From positions 352,001-416,000 of the forward strand of contig CAVTMK010000002.1 in the NCBI GenBank assembly GCA_963735805.1: a stretch of DNA of 64,000 bases, in the 5' to 3' direction. Both the position numbers and the translations under genes were made by a program. The notes beneath the pieces are model-generated. The model saw only the letters and a list, made by a program, of their open reading frames with translations, was not told the DNA's origin and ran no database searches. The DNA is from an uncultured Verrucomicrobiae bacterium. Its GTDB lineage: Bacteria > Verrucomicrobiota > Verrucomicrobiia > Chthoniobacterales > UBA10450. How positions within the stretch are numbered: the stretch's first letter is position 1; every line of letters begins with the position of its first letter. Shown here in pieces: positions 40,309 to 51,393 of this stretch.

Positions 40309-42885
40309 ATGAAAAAGAAACCCAGTTCGCAGTCAGCATTTTTTAAGCTTCGCGTTTTAGTTGCCGTTCTGCTGTGCTTTTCGGCAATCACACTTGGGCT
40401 TTTTGCCTTTGGCAAAGCCTCAGCCCAGCCCAAACCACCCGCCCGGGCTCCGCAGCCAGTCATTCGTGCCCAATATCGCGGCGTAATGCCGGTTGTGAGG
40501 TTCGATATCTCGCCGCCATTGCGCAGCATCAAGCCGCTCGTTGCAAAGGAATGCACCAAGCGCGAGAACGAGGAGGACGAAACTCCCATTCCGCTCGGTC
40601 CTGTCGGTCCGGTTGTGAAAGATACAGCCGTGCAGCGAGTGCTCGGCAAAATTGGAATACCGAATCCGATCATTAGTTTCGATGGGAACAGCAACCTCTG
40701 CGGCTGTTCACCGCCCGACCCCAATGGCGCGGTCGGTCCCAATCACGTCGTGACAATGGCCAACCTGCATTTTCAGATTTTTGATAAGAGCGGCAACTCG
40801 CTCTTCGGTCCAGCCGCGAACAACACGCTCTGGGCTGGGTTTGGCGGCCCTTGTCAGACTGAAAATGCCGGTGACCCGGTTGTCCTGTACGATCAACTGG
40901 CAGATCGGTGGCTTCTCTCACAGTTCACAGCAAACGGTCCGAATTACTTCGAGTGTGTTGCCCTTTCACAGACAAACGATCCGACTGGTGCTTATTACCG
41001 GTGGGCCATTTCGACCGGAACTAATTTTCCCGATTACCCGAAAGCGGGAGTATGGCCGGAGCAGAACAACGCCGCGTACTATTTCAGTACGCGCGAGTTC
41101 CTGCCCAATAACAATTTTGCCGGTGTCGGCGCGTATGCACTGGATCGCGCCCAGGCGTTGGTGGGCAACCCTAACCCCACAATCATTTCGTTCCTTGCGC
41201 CGCCAAATCCGGCATACGTGGTTGGTGACGGGCTCTTACCGGGTACTCTGGATGGACAGACATTGCCGCCTGCCAACAGTCCTAACTTCTTTGTTGGCTC
41301 AGAGGATAACAACGGCCCTTATGGCGCTCCTCAGGACGCATTGACCCTGTGGAAGTTCGTTGCCGATTTTAACACGCCTGCGAATTCGAGTTTCATGCTG
41401 ACTAATACGCTGCCAACGCAGCCGTTTAACTCGATTCTGGGTTTATGCGGAGGCACCCGTAACTGCATCCCACAGCCTAACAGCGCAAATCGAATCGATC
41501 ACCTGGGCTATCGACAGCGGCCGCTGTTTCGCCTTGCCTATCGTAACTTCGGAGACCACGAGTCATTGGTGACTAATCAATCGGTGTCTGCCGGCAACGG
41601 TCCAAACGGTGAGGTATCTGGCATCCGCTGGTGGGAGCTACGTGATCCAAATGGCAGCCCGGTCATTTTCCAGGAAGGCACCTATGCGCCAGGTCTCACC
41701 GATGGGATTCATCGTTGGATGGGCAGCATCGCTATGAATTCAGCGGGAGATATCGCCTTGGCTTTCAGCGCGTCGAACAGCACTAACCCATCTGTTTTTC
41801 CCAGTGTATTTTACACGGCGCGGCATGCAGGGGATCCACCGGGCCAGATGACCCTTGGCGAGGGATCGATCCAGGACGGGACCGGTTCGCAAACGGGCAG
41901 CCAGCGTTGGGGTGACTATACGGCGCTCGTCATTGATCCGACCGACGACACTACTTTCTGGTATATCAATCAGTATGTTCCGACGACTAGCGCCATTGGA
42001 TGGCGATTGAAAATTGGTGCATTCAACCTGGCTGGAGGGCCGACGCCAACACCTACAGGAACGCCAGGAACGCCGACTCCAACGCCAACAGCCACGCCTA
42101 CACCGCCACCTTGTAACAACTATACAATAACAGAAGGGACAGACGCGATTGTGCCGGGTGACACCGACACCGGGCTTCACACTGATGACGGCGATACGTT
42201 TATCTCGTTTCCTTTCTCGTTCACGTTGTACGATCAGACCTTCAACGGTGTTAATATTAATACCAATGGGCGCCTCGACTTCGTTTGCGTAAACGAGCCC
42301 AACGGTTACATGACAGCCTGTCTGCCGCCGCCGGACAATCAGTGTCCGTACGACTACACCGTCTTTCCTTTGTGGGAGGATATGCGCACGGACATTGGCT
42401 TAAGCGGTTGCTCCAGTTTCCCAGGCGGTAACTGCGGTATCTTTACGTCGGTCTCGGGCAGCGCGCCTAACCGTATTTTCAACATCGAATGGCGTACGGT
42501 CCTATTTAGCGACAACTCTGCCACGCAAAACTTTGAGGCGCGCATCTTTGAGAATCCTACGATGGGGGCCTTCGAAGTAATCATCGGCACGCTCAACGTC
42601 CCCAATGCTGATCACCAGTGGGTTTCGGGCGTACAAAGGAGCATCGACTGCTTCACACAAGACTTCTGCGTCGATCCGCCGAACTCACCTCCGCAGAATG
42701 TTTCTCGAACTTACGGTAGTGCAGGTCCAACACCGACTCCAACACCAACCGCCACGCCTACTGCGACTCCAACGGCAACAGCGACTGCTACGCCGAGTGG
42801 AACGCCGACTCCGACACCTACCGTTACGCCAAGAGCAACGCCGCGACCGCGGCCGACCCCGCATCCGCGGCCAACGCCGCCTTAA
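40309..42885 (+). CDS. Secreted PPD..VGPNH/RWGDY-family domain protein with LPFSF-type module and Pro/Arg tail
   Basis: PPDPNGAVGPNH, GDPVVLYDQLADRW, FPDYPK, RWMGSIAM, RWGDY; N-terminal domain is paralogous to 51394. Confidence 0.8.
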   Translation: MKKKPSSQSAFFKLRVLVAVLLCFSAITLGLFAFGKASAQPKPPARAPQPVIRAQYRGVMPVVRFDISPPLRSIKPLVAKECTKRENEEDETPIPLGPVGPVVKDTAVQRVLGKIGIPNPIISFDGNSNLCGCSPPDPNGAVGPNHVVTMANLHFQIFDKSGNSLFGPAANNTLWAGFGGPCQTENAGDPVVLYDQLADRWLLSQFTANGPNYFECVALSQTNDPTGAYYRWAISTGTNFPDYPKAGVWPEQNNAAYYFSTREFLPNNNFAGVGAYALDRAQALVGNPNPTIISFLAPPNPAYVVGDGLLPGTLDGQTLPPANSPNFFVGSEDNNGPYGAPQDALTLWKFVADFNTPANSSFMLTNTLPTQPFNSILGLCGGTRNCIPQPNSANRIDHLGYRQRPLFRLAYRNFGDHESLVTNQSVSAGNGPNGEVSGIRWWELRDPNGSPVIFQEGTYAPGLTDGIHRWMGSIAMNSAGDIALAFSASNSTNPSVFPSVFYTARHAGDPPGQMTLGEGSIQDGTGSQTGSQRWGDYTALVIDPTDDTTFWYINQYVPTTSAIGWRLKIGAFNLAGGPTPTPTGTPGTPTPTPTATPTPPPCNNYTITEGTDAIVPGDTDTGLHTDDGDTFISFPFSFTLYDQTFNGVNINTNGRLDFVCVNEPNGYMTACLPPPDNQCPYDYTVFPLWEDMRTDIGLSGCSSFPGGNCGIFTSVSGSAPNRIFNIEWRTVLFSDNSATQNFEARIFENPTMGAFEVIIGTLNVPNADHQWVSGVQRSIDCFTQDFCVDPPNSPPQNVSRTYGSAGPTPTPTPTATPTATPTATATATPSGTPTPTPTVTPRATPRPRPTPHPRPTPP

Positions 42886-42932
42886 TTGTCGGTGATTTAA
42901 CGATAGTAGTGGCCGGGTGATTATTTGAACCG

Positions 42933-42968
42933 GGAACTCGCGACGCAAGTCGCGAGTTCCTGTCTTTT
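42933..42968 (+). terminator. Conserved terminator-like hairpin, copy 5 (compensatory G-C to C-G change)
   Basis: GGAACTCGCGAC-GCAA-GTCGCGAGTTCC-TGTCTTTT. Confidence 0.8.
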
Positions 42969-43129
42969 CCGGCGGACCGATTTGTCCTCGGTGCGATCGC
43001 GACAAACCGCCGGGTACGCAAATATTAGTGGCGAAGTTGCAGGGCGTAGCCAACGCGTCGAGGACAACGTCCTTCACCTTGAACAAGCCATGGCATTCCA
43101 TCGCTCGCGCCCAAAAAAATAAAATAGTG

Positions 43130-43159
43130 TTGACATATTTCAGCGCGTTTAGCTAAAAG
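43130..43159 (+). promoter_or_regulatory. Putative promoter TTGACA-N18-TAAAAG
   Basis: aaaatagtgTTGACAtatttcagcgcgtttagcTAAAAG. Confidence 0.6.
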
Positions 43160-43295
43160 GGCATTCCTCTCCGGGACTTGGTGAACTAAGAACAGGGAAA
43201 AGGAAAACAGCGTTGAGGGAGTCCGGTGCATCTCAGAAAAGGCAGCATGTAGCCCATGTTTTACCGCATCAAAAACGAACGTTTCTCTTTAGCGA

Positions 43296-45026
43296 ATGAC
43301 AAGAATGAACAACCATTTAGCAATTATGAGCTACTTCGGTAGCAACGGCGCTCTGCCGTCGAGCCTGGTGGGAATGCAACGCCCGCGCCTCGACACGGGG
43401 AGGCGGCTACAGAAATTGGTCGGTCTGGCTTTGTTGTTTGCAGTTGTCACCGCTTCCGGACAAACGCCTCCGCTCAGGCCGCGCATGACGGAACCGTTGG
43501 AAAAATATAACATGCCCCCCGCGTACATTTACCGGCTGGAGACGGGGCCGCGCATGATTTCGCGATTCGGCGGTTTCACGAGTTTCCAGGTGAATGTTGA
43601 TGCGAGCGGAAATAATATCCTCGGTGATGCTGCCAACGAGTCTTCCATTACGGTTGATCCAACCAACCACAACAGAATGGCAATTGGCTGGAGACAGTTT
43701 AACAGTGTTCAATCGGACTTCCGGCAGGGTGGCTACGGCTATACGACCGATGGCGGTAACACCTGGACGTTTCCGGGTGTACTGGAAAATAACGTTTTCC
43801 GAAGCGACCCGGTATTAAGCTCCGATGAGAACGGAAACTTTTTCTATCTGAGCCTTCTCGAATCGTTTTGCGAGAACATGTACGGCTCGCCGGATTTCGG
43901 CCAAAGCTGGATCCCTCTCCAACCCGATGGAGACGCGGGAGGCGGTGACAAGCAATGGTTCACGATCGATAAGACCGGCGGCATGGGGAACGGCTTCCAA
44001 TACCAGGCCTGGAGCACGGCAGCTGGTTGCGATTTCAGCGGACAATTCAGCCGGTCTACTGACGGCGGGGCCACCTGGATGAGTCCGATTAGTATCCCTA
44101 ATCAGCCAGTATGGGGGACGCTCGATGTTGACACGAACGGCAACCTTTTCATTGGCGGCGGAGATTTCGGGAGCTCGTTTTTTTGTGTGCGCTCGAGCAA
44201 TGCGCAAAACGGCAATGTCACACCAACTTTTGATCAGAACGTTTCAGTCAATCTTGGCGGAAGCGTGTTGTTTGGCGCGACGATCAATCCGGGTGGTTTA
44301 GCCGGCCAAATCTTCCTGGCAGTGGACCGCTCCGGCACCGCTACAAATAACAATATCTATATGATGGCGACGGTGCAGCAATTCAGTGCCAGCAATGGGA
44401 GCGACGTCATGTTCTCGCGCAGCACCGATGGCGGAGCGACCTTTAGCGCGCCGCAACGCATCACAGACGATCCAGTTAACCAAAACAAATGGCATTGGTT
44501 CGGGACGCTTGCTGTAGCGCCTAATGGCCGCATTGATTCTGTTTGGATGGACACCCGAAACGCGGCGAACAACACCGATTCGCAGTTATTCTACTCCTGG
44601 AGCATGGATGGCGGCGTGACATGGGCGCCCAATGTCGCCGTAAGTAATCCGTTTACCCCTTTCGAAGGTTACCCCGTGCAGAACAAGATAGGCGATTACA
44701 TTACCATCGTTTCCGACAACACCGGTGGAGACGTGGCGTATCCTGCCACATTCAACTTCAATCCGACCAGCGGACAGCACGAAGAAGATGTGTATTATGT
44801 GCGGGTTTCTCCGTCAGGCGGACCTACGCCCACGCCTACTCCGACGGCTACACCTACACCCACCCCAACGGTAACGCCTACCGCTACACCAACAACGACG
44901 CCTACGCCTACACCTACACCACGGCCAACACCCACGCCGCGGGCCAGACCGACACCGAGAGGTCGTCCTACTCCATTACCGCGCCCGACGCCGCCTGCCT
45001 TGTTAAGACTCCCAGCAAGTCGATGA
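43296..45026 (+). CDS. Secreted Asp-box sialidase-like protein, tandem paralog 1 (start may be 43374), Pro/Arg tail with short extension
   Basis: [39 protein letters not shown] at 43386-43410 translated as RLDTGRRL. Confidence 0.8.
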   Translation: MTRMNNHLAIMSYFGSNGALPSSLVGMQRPRLDTGRRLQKLVGLALLFAVVTASGQTPPLRPRMTEPLEKYNMPPAYIYRLETGPRMISRFGGFTSFQVNVDASGNNILGDAANESSITVDPTNHNRMAIGWRQFNSVQSDFRQGGYGYTTDGGNTWTFPGVLENNVFRSDPVLSSDENGNFFYLSLLESFCENMYGSPDFGQSWIPLQPDGDAGGGDKQWFTIDKTGGMGNGFQYQAWSTAAGCDFSGQFSRSTDGGATWMSPISIPNQPVWGTLDVDTNGNLFIGGGDFGSSFFCVRSSNAQNGNVTPTFDQNVSVNLGGSVLFGATINPGGLAGQIFLAVDRSGTATNNNIYMMATVQQFSASNGSDVMFSRSTDGGATFSAPQRITDDPVNQNKWHWFGTLAVAPNGRIDSVWMDTRNAANNTDSQLFYSWSMDGGVTWAPNVAVSNPFTPFEGYPVQNKIGDYITIVSDNTGGDVAYPATFNFNPTSGQHEEDVYYVRVSPSGGPTPTPTPTATPTPTPTVTPTATPTTTPTPTPTPRPTPTPRARPTPRGRPTPLPRPTPPALLRLPASR

Positions 45027-45151
45027 CCTGTGATGAGCCAAATACAGCCGCCAGGCTCCAACAACACGCGTCCACGACGAATGTTGGAGACGGGCCGCCT
45101 TCGGGCCGCCATCCGGACTTACAACAACGTATCTAACGATCTTACTTCAAT

Positions 45152-46795
45152 ATGAGTGTTTTAAACCGCAGCTTTTTTATCTGTCTGGCCCTGCTTGGTA
45201 CCATTTCCGGCGCTTCCGCCCAGCTCGCACCGACTTGGAAGCCGCGCGAAAGGAGGCCGTCGGAAAAATACGACATGCCGCCCATGTACATCTTTCGGCT
45301 GGAAACGTCGCCGCGAATGATCTCTCCCCATGGCCTGTTCGTAAGCTACCAGGTGAACGTTGATGCAAGCGGCCAGAATATCGTTGGCGATGCAGCTAAC
45401 GAATGTTCAATCTCGGTTGACCCGACCGACCCAACCAAGATGGCAGTCGGTTGGAGGCAATTTGACAATGTAGCATCCAATTTTCGGCAGGGCGGCTGGG
45501 GATATACCACCGACGCCGGAGTAACATGGACGTTTCCAGGTGTCTTACAAGATAACGTTTTTCGCAGTGACCCGGTAACGAACTCGGACGAGGTAGGTAC
45601 CTTCTTCTATCTCAGTCTTCTTGAGACATTTTGTGAAAACATGTATCGGTCAACCGACGGTGGCCAATTATGGACGGAGTTGCAGCCGGACGGACTTGCG
45701 GAAGGGGGCGACAAACAGTGGTTCACCATTGATAAAACCAACGGCCCAGGGCACGGATTTCAATATCAGTCCAGCGACGGCATTAACTGCAGCGGTAACG
45801 GCGTGCAATTCCAACGGTCCACCGACGTTGGGATCACCTGGCAGGCTCCCATCGTTATTCCCAATTCACCTACGGACGGAACACTCGACGTGGACACTAA
45901 TGGGAACCTCTTTATCGGCGGCGAGGGATTCAGCCCTTTTTATTGTGTGCGCTCGAGTAATGCGCAGTTCGGCGATCAGACACCGATCTTCGACCAGGTA
46001 ACGGAGGTTGATCTTGGCGGCGAACTCTCTGGGGGCGGAATAAATCCGGCGGGACTTGATGGAATGTTGTTCCTGGCGATTGATCACTCCGGGGGACCGA
46101 CCAACAACAACATTTACATGCTGGCCAGCGTATCGCCGCCAGGACGAAGCACAACGGACGTGATGTTTGTGCGCAGCACCGATGATGGAGCAACCTTTAG
46201 TGCACCGGTCAAGGTCAATGACGATCCGGTTAATCCTAGCAAGTGGCACTGGTTTGGCACGTTTTCCGTGGCGCCCAATGGTCGGCTGGATGCTGTCTGG
46301 TATGACACGCGCAATGCGGCGAACAACACAGATTCACAGCTGTTCTATTCCTTTAGTACCGATGCCGGCGCGACATGGTCGCCAAACGTGGCGGTGAGCG
46401 ATCCGTTTAATCCGTTTGAAGGTTACCCGAACCAGAGCAAGATAGGCGATTATATCACGATCGTTTCCGATGAAACCGGCGGCAACGTGGCGTACTCGGC
46501 TACGTTCAACTTCAATCCGAACAACGGACAGCACGAGGAAGACGTTTATTACGTCCGAGTGTTCCCTGGCGGACAAGGACCCTCGCCGACGCCAACGCCT
46601 ACTACGACACCTACTCCTACCCCAACGCCGACCGCGACTGCAACTCCTACGCCAACGGCAACACCGACAGCTACAGCTACACCTACAGTTACGCCGACGC
46701 CGACACCGACAGCCACACCGACACCAAGACCTACTCCTACTCCGAGGTCCCGTCCCACGCCAAGGGGGCGACCAACACCGCATCCTCGGCCGTGA
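45152..46795 (+). CDS. Secreted Asp-box sialidase-like protein, tandem paralog 2, Pro/Arg tail
   Basis: Same motifs; ends [16 protein letters not shown]. Confidence 0.85.
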   Translation: MSVLNRSFFICLALLGTISGASAQLAPTWKPRERRPSEKYDMPPMYIFRLETSPRMISPHGLFVSYQVNVDASGQNIVGDAANECSISVDPTDPTKMAVGWRQFDNVASNFRQGGWGYTTDAGVTWTFPGVLQDNVFRSDPVTNSDEVGTFFYLSLLETFCENMYRSTDGGQLWTELQPDGLAEGGDKQWFTIDKTNGPGHGFQYQSSDGINCSGNGVQFQRSTDVGITWQAPIVIPNSPTDGTLDVDTNGNLFIGGEGFSPFYCVRSSNAQFGDQTPIFDQVTEVDLGGELSGGGINPAGLDGMLFLAIDHSGGPTNNNIYMLASVSPPGRSTTDVMFVRSTDDGATFSAPVKVNDDPVNPSKWHWFGTFSVAPNGRLDAVWYDTRNAANNTDSQLFYSFSTDAGATWSPNVAVSDPFNPFEGYPNQSKIGDYITIVSDETGGNVAYSATFNFNPNNGQHEEDVYYVRVFPGGQGPSPTPTPTTTPTPTPTPTATATPTPTATPTATATPTVTPTPTPTATPTPRPTPTPRSRPTPRGRPTPHPRP

Positions 46796-47002
46796 CGCAA
46801 GCGGCGGCTAGTGAGGAGTGGAAAGTCCAAGGGCATCAGAGAGCTCTGCTTTCCACGCCTATGATCAAATACTTCCCGGATAATCCTCGACAAAATTGCG
46901 GTTTGCGATTAGGAGAGCGCCAGCGAAGCGAGGAGGGTTCGAAATAACCATGAATCGCTTCCAATGCTCAAACGCTTTAACTTTTCAACAATTATTACTG
47001 AT

Positions 47003-48673
47003 ATGAAACGCTCCACAGTTTCACTCGGCCTATTGGTTTGTCTGTCGCTCCTAATCGCACATTCTCACGCTTCAGCCCAGTTGGCGCCTACACGCAAAGC
47101 GCCTCGAGGCGAGCCCCTGGAAAAATACGATAATCCCCCCGCATTGCCTCGAAAAATTGAAACCTCGCCGCGCATGCTCTCAGTCCATGGCCCGTTCATC
47201 AGCCATCAGGTGAATGTGGATGCCAGCGGAGACAATATCCTCGGGGATGCTGCGAATGAATGTACAATTTCCGTTGACCCGACGGACGGCAACAAGATGA
47301 CAATTGGTTGGAGACAGTTTAATGACGTTACCTCGAATTTCCGACAGGGCGGGTGGGGATTTACCAGTGATGCCGGACTCACGTGGACGTTCCCTGGCGT
47401 TTTGCAAGATAACGTTTTCCGCAGCGACCCGGTGACAAACTCGGACGAAGTAGGGAATTTCTTTTATCTCAGCCTCCAGTCGAACGTTAATCAGTCGTTT
47501 TTTTGCGACGATCTGTGGCGCTCGACAAACGGCGGGCAGCTCTGGGTGGAACAGTCACCGGACCAGGGAGCAGGAGGAGGCGATAAGCAATGGCTCACTA
47601 TCGATAAGACGGGCGGTCCGGGGCATGGCTTTCAATATCAGGCAGACGATGGGATTAACTGCGATAATAACTTTTTCGTGGAATTCCAACGTTCCACTGA
47701 TGGCGGAGTCACCTGGCAGTCCCCGATCGAGATTCCGCAAGGTCCTATATACGGGACCCTTGACGTGGACACCAACGGCAATGTTTTTGTCGGCGGGGAA
47801 GGGAACACCTTTTATTGCGTGCGTTCGAGCAACGCGCAGCTTGGAGGCCAGACACCAACCTTTGATCAGGTAACGCCTGTAAACCTTGGCGGCGACCTCG
47901 GTAGCGGAGGAATCAACGGAGTAGGATTGACTGGAATGTTGTTCCTGGCGGTTGATCGCTCCGGCGGACCGACCAACAACAACGTTTACATGCTGGCCAG
48001 TGTGATCCCGCCCGGGCGAAGCACAACCGACGTGATGTTTGCGCGCAGCACCGATGACGGAGCAACCTTTAGTGCGCCGGTCAAAGTGAATGACGATCCG
48101 GTTAATCCTAACAAGTGGCACTGGTTTGGCACGTTTTCCGTGGCGCCCAATGGTCGGCTGGATGCTGTCTGGTATGACACGCGCAATGCGGCGAACAATA
48201 CAGACTCACAGCTGTTCTATTCCTTTAGTACCGATGCCGGCGCGACATGGTCGCCAAACGTGGCGGTGAGCGATTCGTTTAATCCGTTTGAAGGTTATCC
48301 GAACCAGAGCAAGATAGGCGATTATATCACGATCGTTTCCGATGAAACCGGCGGCAACGTGGCGTACTCGGCTACGTTCAACTTCAATCCAAACCGGGGC
48401 CAGCACGAAGAAGACGTTTATTACGTCCGAGTGTTCCCTGGCGGACAAGGACCCTCGCCGACGCCAACGCCTACTACGACACCTACTCCTACCCCAACGC
48501 CGACCGCGACTGCAACTCCTACGCCAACGGCAACACCGACAGCTACAGCTACACCTACAGTTACGCCGACGCCGACACCGACAGCCACACCGACACCAAG
48601 GCCTACTCCTACTCCGAGGTCCCGTCCCACGCCCAGAGGGCGACCTACTCCCCGGCCGAGACCCAGTCCCTAG
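47003..48673 (+). CDS. Secreted Asp-box sialidase-like protein, tandem paralog 3, Pro/Arg tail
   Basis: ATG at 47003 gives signal peptide [26 protein letters not shown]; 47933-48633 is near-identical to 46061-46761. Confidence 0.85.
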   Translation: MKRSTVSLGLLVCLSLLIAHSHASAQLAPTRKAPRGEPLEKYDNPPALPRKIETSPRMLSVHGPFISHQVNVDASGDNILGDAANECTISVDPTDGNKMTIGWRQFNDVTSNFRQGGWGFTSDAGLTWTFPGVLQDNVFRSDPVTNSDEVGNFFYLSLQSNVNQSFFCDDLWRSTNGGQLWVEQSPDQGAGGGDKQWLTIDKTGGPGHGFQYQADDGINCDNNFFVEFQRSTDGGVTWQSPIEIPQGPIYGTLDVDTNGNVFVGGEGNTFYCVRSSNAQLGGQTPTFDQVTPVNLGGDLGSGGINGVGLTGMLFLAVDRSGGPTNNNVYMLASVIPPGRSTTDVMFARSTDDGATFSAPVKVNDDPVNPNKWHWFGTFSVAPNGRLDAVWYDTRNAANNTDSQLFYSFSTDAGATWSPNVAVSDSFNPFEGYPNQSKIGDYITIVSDETGGNVAYSATFNFNPNRGQHEEDVYYVRVFPGGQGPSPTPTPTTTPTPTPTPTATATPTPTATPTATATPTVTPTPTPTATPTPRPTPTPRSRPTPRGRPTPRPRPSP

Positions 48674-48988
48674 CGTTAGACCTGCATGGCGACAACCGGG
48701 ACCGCTGACCAGGCTGGTGCACCATTACAAAGTTGTCACGGTAGCGATGCCCGGCGTGGCTACAGGCGCAGACTAACGCAAGAAGGCGCAGCGATTTTTC
48801 CTGGTAGATTCGGGTTACCAGGCTTTCCGGGAAGCGAAAATCAGCGTTAAAATTCAGTTACCAAATATCCGCAGAAAATTCTCGACAAAGTTGTTGTCCC
48901 GGGTAAAGGGAGCCCGGGTGTTAACGCGCCTTTGCCGCTCCACGCAAAATCACGATCAGCTATTCAGTATCAGTCATCACATTCAGCC

Positions 48989-50581
48989 ATGAAGAAACAA
49001 CTATCCACTATCAACCACCTGTCCGCAGTAGCTTCAGCGAAGGTGGGTCAGCTATCAGCTATTGTGCTGCTTCTATTTCTTTCGTTTTCTGCCGCATCGG
49101 CACAAACGCTGGCGCCTATTCGTAAGCCGCCCTTTAAAGAGCCACTCGAAAAATATAACATGCCGCCGGCACCGCCCCGGAAAATAGAAACTTCGCCGCG
49201 TATGATCTCGCGATTTGGCGTGTTTACCAGTTTTCAGGCGAATGTGGACGCAAGTGGCAATAATATCCTCGGCGATTGCGCGAACGAACCTTCGATTTCT
49301 GTCGATCCAACCAATGGCAACAAGATGGTGATCGCGTGGAGACAGTTCGATAGCATTAACTCCGATTTCCGGCAGTCGGGCTGGGGATTTACGACTGATA
49401 GCGGCATGCATTGGACGTTTCCCGGTGTCCTACAAGCTGGCATTTTTCGCAGCGACCCGGTGACCAAGTCGGATGACACGGGAAATTTTTACTATCTCAG
49501 TCTCCAATCGACCGAGTCTGAGTCATTTTTTTGTGACGACGTATGGCGCTCGACAAACGGCGGCCAAACCTTTGTGGAGCAGTCGCCCGATGAAGCCGGC
49601 CACGGAGGCGATAAGGAGTGGTTTACGATCGATAACACGGGCGGCACGGGTCATGGGTTCCTATACCAGTTTTGGACCGGCTTCTTCGCCTGCGATACCG
49701 GAGAGTTCAACCGATCTATCGACACCGGAGTAACCTGGCAGACTCCGATTAACATTCCCAACTCTCCGGATACCGGAGCGCTGGACGTGGACACGAACGG
49801 CAACCTTTTTCTTGCCGGGGGCGGGAGCCCGTTTTGGTGCGTGCGCTCCTCCAATGCACAAAATCCGGCTGTCACGCCAACGTTCGACCAGTCCATTCAG
49901 GTGAACCTTGGTGGTGACCTCATTCAGGGCGGCATCAATGGGATAGGACTTTGCGGGCAGACCTTCGTGGCGATCGACCATTCTGGCACCGCGACAAACA
50001 ATTACATTTATGTGATGGCAAGCGTTGAACCTTTCACCGCTAACAACGGCACTGACGTGATGTTCGCGCGCAGTACGGACGGCGGGGCGACCTTTAGCGC
50101 GCCGCTTCGGATCAACGACGATCCGATCAACCAGAACAAATGGCACATCTTCGGCACACTTTCAGTAGCGCCCAACGGACGGATTGATGTGGTGTGGCTG
50201 GACACGCGCAACGCTGCGAACAACATCGACTGCCAGCTGTTCTATTCGTGGAGCACAGACGGTGGCGCTACCTGGGCGCCTAACATCGCGGTGAGCAATT
50301 CGTTCAATCCTCAGTCAGGCTTTCCACAAAATCAAAAGATCGGCGATTACATCACGATTGTGTCTGACAATACCGGAGGCAACGTGGCGTATGCCGCTAC
50401 TTTCAACGCCAACCCGAACGCCGTCGGAGGACACGAACAGGATGTTTATTACGTGCGAGTTTTCCCATCCGGCGGCCCTACACCAACGCCAACCGTAACG
50501 CCAACACCAACAGCTACTGCGACGCCGACGCCTAAGCTACAGCTACAGCCACGCCCACCCCCACACCTACTGCAACGGTGA
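48989..50581 (+). CDS. Secreted Asp-box sialidase-like protein, tandem paralog 4; a 1-nt deletion near 50534 puts the tail (stop 50701-50703) out of frame
   Basis: Same motifs; the alternative frame ends [20 protein letters not shown]. Confidence 0.85.
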   Translation: MKKQLSTINHLSAVASAKVGQLSAIVLLLFLSFSAASAQTLAPIRKPPFKEPLEKYNMPPAPPRKIETSPRMISRFGVFTSFQANVDASGNNILGDCANEPSISVDPTNGNKMVIAWRQFDSINSDFRQSGWGFTTDSGMHWTFPGVLQAGIFRSDPVTKSDDTGNFYYLSLQSTESESFFCDDVWRSTNGGQTFVEQSPDEAGHGGDKEWFTIDNTGGTGHGFLYQFWTGFFACDTGEFNRSIDTGVTWQTPINIPNSPDTGALDVDTNGNLFLAGGGSPFWCVRSSNAQNPAVTPTFDQSIQVNLGGDLIQGGINGIGLCGQTFVAIDHSGTATNNYIYVMASVEPFTANNGTDVMFARSTDGGATFSAPLRINDDPINQNKWHIFGTLSVAPNGRIDVVWLDTRNAANNIDCQLFYSWSTDGGATWAPNIAVSNSFNPQSGFPQNQKIGDYITIVSDNTGGNVAYAATFNANPNAVGGHEQDVYYVRVFPSGGPTPTPTVTPTPTATATPTPKLQLQPRPPPHLLQR

Positions 50582-51320
50582 CCCCTACTGTTACACCCAC
50601 AGTTACTCCTACACCTACAACTACGCCACGACCAACACCCACGCCGCGGACCAGGCCGACACCGAGAGGTCGTCCCACTCCGCGGCCCAGGCCTAGTCCA
50701 TAACGTAAACCAGCTACTGTAGTCCGGGTCGCTGACCCGGGTCGGGCGCGTCCTGAACAAGCAGGGTGTTGCGGGCTAGCGACGCGCGGCAATAGTCGCG
50801 CAGTCAAGCTCGGGACCGCCGCCCGGCGATTTGTTGTGGTGGATCGGCCCGCCGCGGCGGGACGATGGCTGAGGGCGCAAAGATAGGCCCCAAAAGCGGC
50901 ATGCGTTCTCAACGCGTTGACGACAACCCGTTCCACCTTTGTTTCGGCAAGAGAACTGGCGCGGCTCTGACGGAACTTCCCATAGGCTGCCCGGCAGTAA
51001 GGCGGGCGAGGCGTTTGGGATTCGAAGGCGTCCGCGAATCGCTTCTGAATCGCTTGTGATCAGACCTGCCCGCCAATCGAACGAATTACGCGAAACGGAG
51101 ATCGCAGAGCTCGGAAAGATTCAAATCAATTGGCGTGATTTGCTGATCTGGTCTTCTCATTCCCCAACGGCCGTCGCTGCCGGGTGCGACGCTGCAGATT
51201 TTAGAGGCGAATGACATCGAAGGTCACGGTGGCGATAAGGCGGACAAGCTTCCTCGTAGGTCGTTGCCTGACAAAACCGTGATTCGCGGAAATAAAATCT
51301 CGGGAAAAGTTAAAAAGATG

Positions 51321-51350
51321 TTGACACGCATCTTGCTTTCTCGATAGGGT
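51321..51350 (+). promoter_or_regulatory. Putative promoter TTGACA-N18-TAGGGT
   Basis: A-tract, then TTGACA, with TA at the same 18-nt spacing. Confidence 0.5.
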
Positions 51351-51393
51351 CGGCTACTCCACTTCACTCGGCAGGGAAAAACCATTTGATTCT

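Noticed and set aside
43296..50581. Calling these true sialidases
   Set aside because: Asp boxes are present but I see no FRIP motif or clear Arg triad; only fold-level similarity is supported.
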